Below are positions 24,510 to 33,419 of a stretch of DNA of 33,627 nucleotides, in pieces. Below the pieces are notes generated by a model. That model saw only the letters and a list, made by a program, of their open reading frames with translations. It ran no database searches and was not told the DNA's origin. The position numbers and the translations under genes are program-made. Every line of letters starts with the position of its first letter. The stretch's first letter is position 1. Source of the stretch: Octopus bimaculoides (Eukaryota); assembly GCF_001194135.2 (NCBI RefSeq), contig NC_068999.1:35357663-35391289 (forward strand). Direction: 5' to 3'.

Positions 24510-26270
24510 AATATAATGTTTCATGTTTAGTAAATATGAGATTATATATTTGGTTGATATAGTGTTCTGCTGTTGGTAAATCTAAGGTTATACGGTTGGT
24601 TAATATATATTTGGTAAATATGTCATATGATTGGTAGATACAATGTTATATGATCGGTTAATATAATGTTATATAGTTGGTTAACATACGGACATATTGT
24701 TTGTTATGTATAAGAGGTTGGTTATGTATAATGTATTATGGTTAGTAAACTTGTTGCAAAGTGGTTTCTAAGTATATTTGTTATATCTTTAGGTTAGATA
24801 TAATATTGGACTGTTGGATCATTATTGATGTGTTTGTCTCCGAGTTGTGCATCAAAGCTTAACCAAGCCAAACTAAAACTTTTTCCATAAAACTAACCTT
24901 GTAAGTGACCATGTTGTGTCTGATGAGTATAAATTACACATTTTAAATTTTGTCGAGTAAAATCTTTCTCAGCGACTTGGACAAAATTATTTCTAAAAAT
25001 GACTTTTTTATCGTTGCAGTGAAAACGCTTTCTTTTAAGTATCTTCAGAAATCTTTAAAGCGCTCCTGTAAAACTGTTTGTAAAAAAATTGTATTAAACT
25101 ATTGAAAACGTTTTGTAAACTATTTTGTACTACAGTGTAGAAACGACTCTAAAACACCCCGGTAAACATTGAAAATGCTTCAGCGAAATATCTAAAGCAT
25201 CCTAGAACGAAAAAGAACCTTACAGTGGACTCGTAAAATCTTCTCAGGAATAATTCAGTAGAACCATAAAACTGCCTTGTGATGTTTTCTCTTAAACATC
25301 TGAGTAAAAACTCTAAAACTTCTCAGGTAAAAGTTTGAATATTTTTTCTAATCATGTTTTAAAATTGTACTCTCTAAATAACAATAACGTAATTCTTCAC
25401 ACTATTAACTTCATCACTGAGTTGAAATTATTTTCAATAATTACATTTGTACTGTTTCAATTAGTTTGATGTCCGATTGATATTTCCTTATTCCTAGATA
25501 TGTGTACATTAGCAAAGTGGTTTCTAGTAAAAAAAAAACATTTTATTTCTAAACTAAGGGTCATCACATTATTATCTGCTAAGTCCACTTTAAATGCTCT
25601 GCTAAAAGCGTTTTGAAATATCTAAGATTAAACTTCTCATAAAGACATCTAAACTTTGTCAAAAACCTCTTAAAATATCTGACACGATGCTAAAGACACA
25701 ACAGCCGTATTTGACAGCTTATAAAATTTGAACATATATGATATTTTATGATTTTTAAACAGTATCCTAATGTGACAGTTCTTTTTGTATTTCTGTCTAA
25801 CTTGACATAAAACCCACTGTAATTTCTGAAATATACAATGGTCATATGCTTATAGTTTACGACCGCCAGAATTATCCACTAATTATAATTTATGTGTTAA
25901 CGATCCGAAGATAAATGTTGAAATTATATATAATTAGTGCTCAGAAACAGCTTGGACTCGCAACAACTTATTGATTTGGTGGAAAATTTGTACTTATGGA
26001 AAATAAATACAGATTTGAAATTGAGACTAAAGCTTCAATTTCAGTAAATATTTAGTTTACTAATCTCACTACAAACAATTTTAGATTCGGTGGCAGCACC
26101 AAAGGTTGACAAAATGTACTACGAGGTTCGTGCATGGATATCACCCGGAAAGAATTTATTTTTTTTAGTTCCAAACTATCTAGTTATCACTTGGCACTGG
26201 GTCACATTATTTTTGTAATAAAACAGTAGACTCTGCAGAAACGATATTTTGCATCAGCAACACACACACA

Positions 26271-26366
<96 letters not shown>

Positions 26367-26645
26367 AAGAATATAAGGTGTTTAGTGCATTGGTGATATA
26401 AACAAATATGTACGCTGTGTAAGTACTTGGTCATCAGTTAGATTCCAAGTTCACATCTGAAGCTGGAGCTAGGGACTCGAAGTAGGCTTCATAGTTTAAC
26501 AGATGTATATTAGAGGGAAAATGACAACAAAACCAATGCAGGACGAGTATCTCGAGTCATTTAGAATATTTAATTAGAGTAGGTGAATTTGAAGTAATTA
26601 ATTAATTAATTGGTTAATTAATCAATCAATCAATTAATTATTGGA

Positions 26646-26723
26646 TGTCTTACAGCTGTTTCAGGGATATCCCAGGAGATAGGATACCATCGCCATACAC
26701 TGGGTATTCTGTCATAAGAGACA
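26646..26723 (-). ncRNA. Type I hammerhead ribozyme motif, probably inactive (core G5>U)
   Basis: Minus strand: UGUCU CUUAUGA [49 nt, including AUACCCAG/CUGGG(A)UAU stem II] GAA ACAGCUGU A AGACA. Stem I is perfect, but CUGAUGA has become CUUAUGA. Confidence 0.7.
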
Positions 26724-26998
26724 AGGTTAGTATGTAGGAAAGTTCTATACAGAATTCATGGCGTATGGAAGAATAAAATAGTAGATAGAAGAATATAGAC
26801 AGAAGAATAAAGTTCACAGCTCATCTTCTTCCAGAGGGTATGTCCGCATTCTCCATACTTTCTGGAAGAAGATGAGCTCTGAATTTTATTATCCTGTTTG
26901 TATGCAATCGACTGTTTTGCTCTTTATTTTTCTGCCTACTATTTTATTCCATTATAAACCGTGAATTCTCTGTCTAGAACTTTCCTACATACTCACCT

Positions 26999-27076
26999 TG
27001 TCTCTGATGACGGAATACCCAGTGTATGGAAATGCTAACCTATTACTTGCGATATCCCAGAAACAGCTGTAAGATA
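26999..27076 (+). ncRNA. Type I hammerhead ribozyme motif with intact core and palindromic stem III
   Basis: UGUCU (26999-27003) + CUGAUGA (27004-27010) + stem II region (27011-27059) + GAA (27060-27062) + ACAGCUGU (27063-27070, self-complementary) + A17 (27071; GUA triplet) + AGAUA (27072-27076, pairs with UGUCU with one G-U). Stem II is weakened in this copy. Confidence 0.75.
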
Positions 27077-27544
27077 TTCATTAATTAATTGATTAATTAA
27101 TTAACCAATTAATTAATTATTTTAAATTCACCTTACTCTAATTAAATATTCTAAATGACCTGAGATACTCGTCCTGCCTTGGTTTTGTTGTCCTATTTCC
27201 TCTAATATATATACATATATATACATACATATATATACATATATATACATACATATATACACACACACACACACANNNNNNNNNNNNNNNNNNNNNNNNN
27301 NNNNNNNNNNNNNNNNNNNNNNNNNNNNNNNNNNNNNNNNNNNNNNNNNNNNNNNNNNNNNNNNNNNNNNNNNNNNNNNNNNNNNNNNNNNNNNNNNNNN
27401 NNNNNNNNNNNNNNNNNNNNNNNNNNNNNNNNNNNNNNNNNNNNNNNNNNNNNNNNNNNNNNNNNNNNNNNNNNNNNNNNNNNNNNNNNNNNNNNNNNNN
27501 NNNNNNNNNNNNNNNNNNNNNNNNNNNNNNNNNNNNNNNNNNNN

Positions 27545-27580
<36 letters not shown>

Positions 27581-27737
27581 GACGGGCTTCTTTCAGTTTC
27601 CCTCTACCAAATCTACTTACAAAGCTTCGGCCGACCCGAAGATATAGTAGAAGACAATTGTCCAAGTACCACGCAGTAGGACTGAATCCAGAGCCACGTG
27701 ACTAGAAAGTAAGCTTCTTACCACACAATCACGCCTG
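27581..27737 (-). mobile_element. Family B SINE, 5' half (tRNA head plus CORE-like segment)
   Basis: GACGGGCTTCTTTCAGTTTCC..TAGTAGAAGACAATTGTCCAAG..AAGCTTCTTACCACAC; homologous to 29098-29260. Confidence 0.85.
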
Positions 27738-27870
27738 ATATTTTTATATTCTTTTCTCATTCAAGTTTCACTCAAGAGAAATTAGGTTCATGATGTAGAA
27801 CTAGTTAGATCCCGGACCCGAAAAATTTGCAAATAAGAATATAATATTTGTCAGTCCTTTTTTACAAGTC

Positions 27871-27937
27871 GTTGTTGTTTCTTAGCCTCGGGTCAACCTT
27901 ACTTATGAAGAACTATCATCAGAGGCGTTCCAACCAT
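27871..27937 (-). mobile_element. Family D repeat tail
   Basis: GTTGTTGTTTCTTAGCCTCGGGTCAACC..AGAGGCGTTCCAACCATG; similar to 28125-28203 and the reverse complement of about 3477-3552. Confidence 0.45.
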
Positions 27938-28367
27938 GCAATTTCGTTTCATTTTTTTGACAAGCAAAACGCATTTTGGACTGCATTATCTAATGTGTCC
28001 TTCATTTTAAGACATGGATGTATAATTTGGTTTATTTCGCTGATATTTTTAGCAGATCAAGCAATTACGCAGAGGATCTTTTAGTGATTCCTGTAACACA
28101 AAGAGATGTTTTGTGTGTTTTATTGTTATTTAGCCCAAAGCCAACTAAGAAAAAATGGTCATATGATCAATGACGTTCCAGTCTCGACTACCCCGCCTTT
28201 TCAGGCTTATAACAAGCATTATATGAATGAATGTGCCCCTTTCATACTTAAGACGAAAAGGAATAAGCTGAAGGAGATTCTACTACTCTTTGTAGCTAGT
28301 GATGTGACCTTCAAGGTTTGATTTTTATGAATGATAACTGGTGAATGTGTGTATATGTGCGTATATA

Positions 28368-28590
28368 CTCTTTACTCGCTTTACTCTTTTACTTGTTTCA
28401 GTCATTTGACTGCGACCATGCTGGGGCACCGCCTTTAGTCAAGCAAATCGACCCCAGGACTTATTATTTGTAAGCCTAGTACTTATTCTATCGGTTCCTT
28501 TTGGTCGAACCGCTAAGTTACTGGGACGTAAACAGACCATCATCGGTTGTCAAGCAATGTTGGGGGACAAACACAGACACACAAACATAT
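28368..28590 (-). mobile_element. Family B SINE, 3' half with (CTTTTACT)-type tail, ending at its internal microsatellite and a gap
   Basis: Near-consensus family B sequence; the N-run starts where the internal TA/CA repeat would lie. Confidence 0.9.
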
Positions 28591-28874
28591 NNNNNNNNNN
28601 NNNNNNNNNNNNNNNNNNNNNNNNNNNNNNNNNNNNNNNNNNNNNNNNNNNNNNNNNNNNNNNNNNNNNNNNNNNNNNNNNNNNNNNNNNTATATATATA
28701 TGAATGTATATGTGTATGTATGTATATCCATATGTATAAGCATACACCCACACACAAGATTAATATAGACAGCTGTGTGCAATGTCCTACCACAGCATTA
28801 GAGCTTTTTAGCTCTTATTTCTAGCAATATATGTGTTCTAACACTCTAGTCATATATATATAATATATTTTAGT

Positions 28875-29261
28875 CTTTTATTTGTCTTAGTCATTTGACT
28901 GCAGCTATACTGGAGCACCGCCTTTAGTCGAGCAAACCAGGAGTTATTCCTTGTAAGCCTGGTCTCTTCTATCGGTCTCTCTTGCCGAACCGCTAGTCGA
29001 TGGGGACGTAGACACACAAGCATCGGTTGTCAAGCGATGTTGGTGGGGGGCACAAACGCAGAAACACAAATATATACGTACATACATATATGTATAAGAC
29101 GGGCTTCTTTCAGTTTCCGTCTACCAAATCCACTCACAAGGCTTTGATCGACCTGAGGCTATAGTAGAAAACACTTGCCCAAGGTGCCACGCAGTGGGAT
29201 TGAACCCAGAAACCATGTGGTTGGTAAGCAAGCTACTTACCACATAGCCACTCATGCACCT
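28875..29261 (-). mobile_element. Family B SINE, full length (tRNA head, CORE-like segment, internal microsatellite, 3' domain)
   Basis: A box TGGCTATGTGG (29240-29250) and B box GGTTCAATCCC (29196-29206) on the minus strand, then GCACCTTGGGCAAGTG (MIR/CORE-like word), GAAACTGAAAGAAGCCCGTC, a short TA/TAC repeat and the 3' domain. Confidence 0.9.
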
Positions 29262-29266
29262 ATATA

Positions 29267-29302
<36 letters not shown>

Positions 29303-30567
29303 TGTATGTATGTATGTATGTATGCATGTATACGTAAGTGTGTGTGTATATATATATATATATANNNNNNNNNNNNNNNNNNNNNNNNNNNNNNNNNNNN
29401 NNNNNNNNNNNNNNNNNNNNNNNNNNNNNNNNNNNNNNNNNNNNNNNNNNNNNNNNNNNNNNNNNNNNNNNNNNNNNNNNNNNNNNNNNNNNNNNNNNNN
29501 NNNNNNNNNNNNNNNNNNNNNNNNNNNNNNNNNNNNNNNNNNNNNNNNNNNNNNNNNNNNNNNNNNNNNNNNNNNNNNNNNNNNNNNNNNNNNNNNNNNN
29601 NNNNNNNNNNNNNNNNNNNNNNNNNNNNNNNNNNNNNNNNNNNNNNNNNNNNNNNNNNNNNNNNNNNNNNNNNNNNNNNNNNNNNNNNNNNNNNNNNNNN
29701 NNNNNNNNNNNNNNNNNNNNNNNNNNNNNNNNNNNNNNNNNNNNNNNNNNNNNNNNNNNNNNNNNNNNNNNNNNNNNNNNNNNNNNNNNNNNNNNNNNNN
29801 NNNNNNNNNNNNNNNNNNNNNNNNNNNNNNNNNNNNNNNNNNNNNNNNNNNNNNNNNNNNNNNNNNNNNNNNNNNNNNNNNNNNNNNNNNNNNNNNNNNN
29901 NNNNNNNNNNNNNNNNNNNNNNNNNNNNNNNTATATATATATATATATATATATACATATATATATGTATGTATGTATGTATATCCTTATGCCGCTCCGC
30001 TCACCTACACACATATGTATGTGTTGGTAAGTATATGTACTCTATATATATGTACGTATGTTTGTATGTATGTATGTATGTATGTATGTATGTATCTATC
30101 TATGCGAGCATGCACGTGTGTATGTGTGAATGTACGCTTTTGTTACATTCTAAAGGCACTTAATACATCGTGTTCTATAACAAAACAACTGGCGATGTCA
30201 GATGTAGACAGGCCACATTTACACGATGTTTTTACTGCTGCCAAAGATATAAAGTGTATAATACTTGGGAGCAAGTCTTCCGTCAAACTCTGACAGTCAC
30301 TACATCCTTATATATTTTACACGCGTCTCTACAAAAGGATGACTTTACATAGCTTTGCCAAGTTACATGTTTTATTATTCCGTATTCTTAAATTTAGAAT
30401 GTTCCTGGTGTTAATGGCATTGGTGTTTGCTCTGTTGTTATTCGTTTTTGTTAGAATTATTGCTTTCGTTTTTACGGTGTGCTTTTTACACGTATGTTTG
30501 TTTTTGCTGAAAGAATAGTAATTGTAATGGTAATAAAAATAATAACATTGATAATAATAATAATAAT

Positions 30568-30674
30568 CCTTTCTAGTATAGGCAGAAAGCCTGAAATTCG
30601 TGGAGGCGGGGGTTAGTCGGCTGCATCGACTCCAGTACTCAACTTGTACTTATTTCATCGACCTCGAAAGAATG
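30568..30674 (-). mobile_element. Family A SINE 3' fragment with the alternative tail
   Basis: CCTTTCTAGTATAGGCAGAAAGCC..CATCGACTCCAGTACTCAACTTGTACTTATTTCATCGACCTCGAAAG, preceded by (AAT)n. Confidence 0.75.
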
Positions 30675-30715
30675 TATCTGTGAAAGCAGAAGAAAATTAG
30701 TTTTTAAAACAATTG

Positions 30716-30854
30716 CTTACCAACCACATGGTTCCGGGTTCAGTCCCACTGCGTGGCACCTTGGGCAAGTGTCTTCTACAATAGCCTCGGGCTGACCAAA
30801 GCCTTCTGAGTGGATTTGGTAGATGGAAACTGAAAGAAGCCCGTCGTATATATG

Positions 30855-30885
<31 letters not shown>

Positions 30886-31077
30886 CTTTGTGTGTCTGTG
30901 TTTGTCCCCCCAACATCGCTTGACAACCGATACTGGTGTGTTTACGTCTCCGTAACTTAGCGGATCGGTAAAAGAGACTAATAAGATAAGTTCTGGGTTC
31001 GATTTGCTAGACTAAAGGCGGTGCTCCAGCATGATCGCAGTCAAATGACTGAAACAAGTAAAAGAGTAAAAGAGAGT
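30716..31077 (+). mobile_element. Family B SINE, near full length (A box truncated)
   Basis: CCAACCACATGGTTCCGGGTTCAGTCCC..GCACCTTGGGCAAGTG..GAAAGAAGCCCGTC + (TA)n(TG)n + CAACATCGCTTGACAACCG..CAGTCAAATGACTGAAACAAGTAAAAGAGTAAAAGAG. Confidence 0.92.
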
Positions 31078-31562
31078 ATGAGAAGATAGTGTGATGTTAA
31101 GATGACAGTAGGTGCTTATTATTATGTACATTTATATGTATAAATATATATATATATAAATATATATGTACGTATATATGTCTGTGTGTATGCATGCATG
31201 TATGTATGTATGTATGTATGTATGTATGTATGTATACGTGCATGCATATCCACAGGGTGGTACAATTTCGGAACTTTTAATAAATTGAATCGGTTAGCCT
31301 GTGGCCTGTATTTCAATTCTATACGTTGAAGCTTCATATTTCACCATCCCCTAGTTAGATGATAGACTTAATTCGTTGCCGGATGCGGTAACATGCCTGC
31401 TTGAACCGATCAATTTGATCAATTTGATCCGATCCTGTTTGATCAATTGATCCGATTCCGTTAAACGTACTTCGGGTGTCTACTTTTTGCTTTCTTGTAT
31501 TTTAATGATTAACGTCTTACATAGAATGTTTCACAATTTATATTTAATGTATTTAAATGTCT

Positions 31563-31771
31563 GCGAGCTGGTAGAATTGTTAGCATGCCGGGCGAATTGC
31601 TTAGCGGTATTTCCCACGTCTTTATCTTCTGTCTTCAAATTCCGCCGAGGTCGACTTTGGTTTTCATCCTTTCGAGGTCAGGGAAGTAAGTACCAGTTGA
31701 CCAATAGCGTCGATATAATTGATTTAACTCCTTTTCCAAAATTACTGGCCTTGTGCCGAACTTGTGAAACC
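31563..31771 (+). mobile_element. tRNA-derived SINE, family A
   Basis: GCGAGCTGGTAGAATTGTTAGC..TTCAAATTCCGCCGAGGTCGACTTTGG..AAGTACCAGTTG..CTGGCCTTGTGCC..GAAACC. Confidence 0.85.
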
Positions 31772-31788
31772 AACATTTAATCTATAAA

Positions 31789-32000
31789 AAGCAGCGAGCT
31801 AGCGGAATCGTTAGCAGGCCAAGCAAAATTCTTAGCGGCAATTAGTCCATCTTTCCTTTTTCAGTTCAAGTTCCGCCTTGTTCAACTTGGTCTTTTATCC
31901 TTTTGCGGTAGCTGACATAAATACCAGTTGATCACTGGGGTTGATTTAATCAACTTACGCCTCTACCGAAATTGCTGGCTTTGTGCCAAACTCTGAAATT
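31789..32000 (+). mobile_element. tRNA-derived SINE, family A (second, more diverged copy directly downstream)
   Basis: GCGAGCTAGCGGAATCGTTAGC..AGTTCAAGTTCCGCC..ATACCAGTTGATCACTGGGGTTGAT..GAAATTGCTGGCTTTGTGCCAAA. Confidence 0.8.
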
Positions 32001-32027
32001 AATATCTGATGCATTTTTAATATTAAA

Positions 32028-32460
32028 TAAGGTGGGAAAAGAATTATCGATTTCATTAGAAAATTTTGTGAAGTGAACATTACTCTATATGTGCTTCAGA
32101 AGCTTAAAGTGTATTCGAGAGACCTGATGTATCAGTTTGAGTAAAAAGTATGCAACGTTTTGAACCATGAAGAATTTGTACCGGATTCTTGCAGGGTTTT
32201 GAATTTTTTTTAAACATTTTTTTTTTTTTNNNNNNNNNNNNNNNNNNNNNNNNNNNNNNNNNNNNNNNNNNNTTTTTCACTGTTGTTACAATCATCTTAA
32301 ATGGAACTGTCAAAGCGCGATATTCGAGCAATTTTGCTATTCAACTTCAAAAAAGGACGAAAAGCAGCTGAAACTGCTCGCGATATCGACGAAATATTTG
32401 GTGAGGAAATTACCTGTGAGTGGTCAGCTCAAAAAAAGTTTAAACGATTTCGCAGGTAGA
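32028..32460 (+). mobile_element. 5' fragment of a mariner element (Hsmar1/cecropia-like N-terminus), truncated by a microsatellite
   Basis: ATG at 32301 gives MELSKRDIRAILLFNFKKGRKAAETARDIDEIFGEEITCEWSAQKKFKRFRR* (stop 32457-32459), closely resembling the Hsmar1-type start (..KKQIRAIFLFEFKMGRKAAETTRNIN..). The left TIR near 32028 is degenerate. Confidence 0.8.
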
Positions 32461-32504
32461 TATACAGATAGATAAGTATATAGGTAATACGGACAAACGG
32501 AGAC

Positions 32505-32623
32505 ACACACTTGCACACACACACACACACACACGCACACACACACACACATACATACATACATGCATACATACATACATACATACATATATACATGCAT
32601 GCATACATACATACATACATACA

Positions 32624-32657
<34 letters not shown>

Positions 32658-32663
32658 CATACA

Positions 32664-32694
<31 letters not shown>

Positions 32695-32700
32695 GTGTAT
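32505..32700. repeat. (CA)n/(TACA)n microsatellite
   Basis: Read directly. Confidence 0.95.
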
Positions 32701-32914
32701 GCGCACGCACACTGACACATGCGTATAAACAAAGAGAACGCAGTTCGGATAACGAATACAGTTAATGACTATTGAAAAAGTTGCAAGACGCAACAAAAAT
32801 TTTAGCAAAAATAAATAAGTAAATGAGTGGAAATCGAACCGGTGAGTGTGTTAAATTAAAAATGTACTAAAAGAGAGTGACTCTCCCAAGACACACTAAT
32901 ACGCACACACACAC

Positions 32915-32998
<84 letters not shown>

Positions 32999-33103
32999 TA
33001 GATTTAATCAAAAGATTAAATGTGGTACTTAAAATGTTTGAGGCACCAGAATTTGGTAGGGTAAAAACCAAAAACAAAATCAAGAGATTTGGTGAATAAA
33101 ATT

Positions 33104-33397
33104 TGAAGGAAAGCAACGAAAATGCATTAGGTTACAGCAGTACGTACGTTTCGTACAAACTTCATTTATTTATGTAGTGAGAACACCACATAAGATATGC
33201 AATGAAAATGTACTCCTCAGCTGCATAATGGAAGTTCATTTCAGAAAGTTGTTTTGTAGATGTGTGCAAATACAAGAGTAGGAGTTGAAGAAAATACCAT
33301 CTTGACTGAGCTGTTAATCAACAGTCTAGACTACATAAATAAATGTACGAAACGTACGTACTGCTGTAACCTAATGCATTTTCGTTGCTTTTCTTCA
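33104..33397. mobile_element. MITE with about 70-bp terminal inverted repeats
   Basis: 33104-33178 (TGAAGGAAAGCAACGAAAATGCATTAGGTTACAGCAGTACGTACGTTTCGTACA..TTTATTTATGTAGT) pairs with 33330-33397; one 7-bp indel; right end abuts (TA)n. Confidence 0.85.
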
Positions 33398-33419
33398 TAT
33401 ATATATATATATATATATA

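Larger units (their letters stand above)
24044..24668. repeat. Direct tandem duplication of a 306-bp unit (2 copies plus a 13-bp overhang)
   Basis: 24044-24349 matches 24350-24655 with 3 substitutions seen by eye; GGTTAATATAATG occurs at 24044, 24350 and 24656. Confidence 0.92.
26508..27207. mobile_element. 700-bp palindromic element: two diverged inverted copies of a Penelope-like/retrozyme-like unit, each with a hammerhead motif
   Basis: Left arm 26508-26842 pairs with right arm 26854-27207 (roughly 80% by eye, one indel of about 20-25 bp near the centre) around the 11-nt loop TCCGCATTCTC; both ends sit in TA-rich sequence. The palindrome is seen directly; the Penelope assignment is inferred from the hammerhead architecture. 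Confidence 0.8.

Noticed and set aside
24915-24970. Isolated CTGATGA words (also 15310, 26415 minus, 33576 minus)
   Set aside because: No correctly placed GAAA with stems I-III.
26085-26125. Plus-strand 41-nt exon candidate (tactaat..ttttag|..GAG|gttcgt; SVAAPKVDKMYYE)
   Set aside because: Weak donor, too short to assess, and phase does not follow the 20927 candidate.
26656-26731. Exon-like reading in the palindrome arms (ttacag|..AAG|gttagt on +, AAG|gtgagt on -) with an open frame in both arms
   Set aside because: It is the antisense of the hammerhead; the arms differ by many non-synonymous changes, so RNA structure explains the conservation better than coding.
27860-27930. Minus-strand CUGAUGA..GAAACAA..UUGUA resembling another hammerhead
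   Set aside because: Bases after the putative cleavage site (AAAAAGG) do not pair with those before the core (GCCU), so stem I is missing; the sequence is a family D tail.
28106-28321. 71-aa ORF with plausible splice sites
   Set aside because: Overlaps family D repeat-like sequence; no recognisable domain.
30149-30352. Two overlapping open frames in a short unique patch
   Set aside because: No convincing donor and no recognisable motif.
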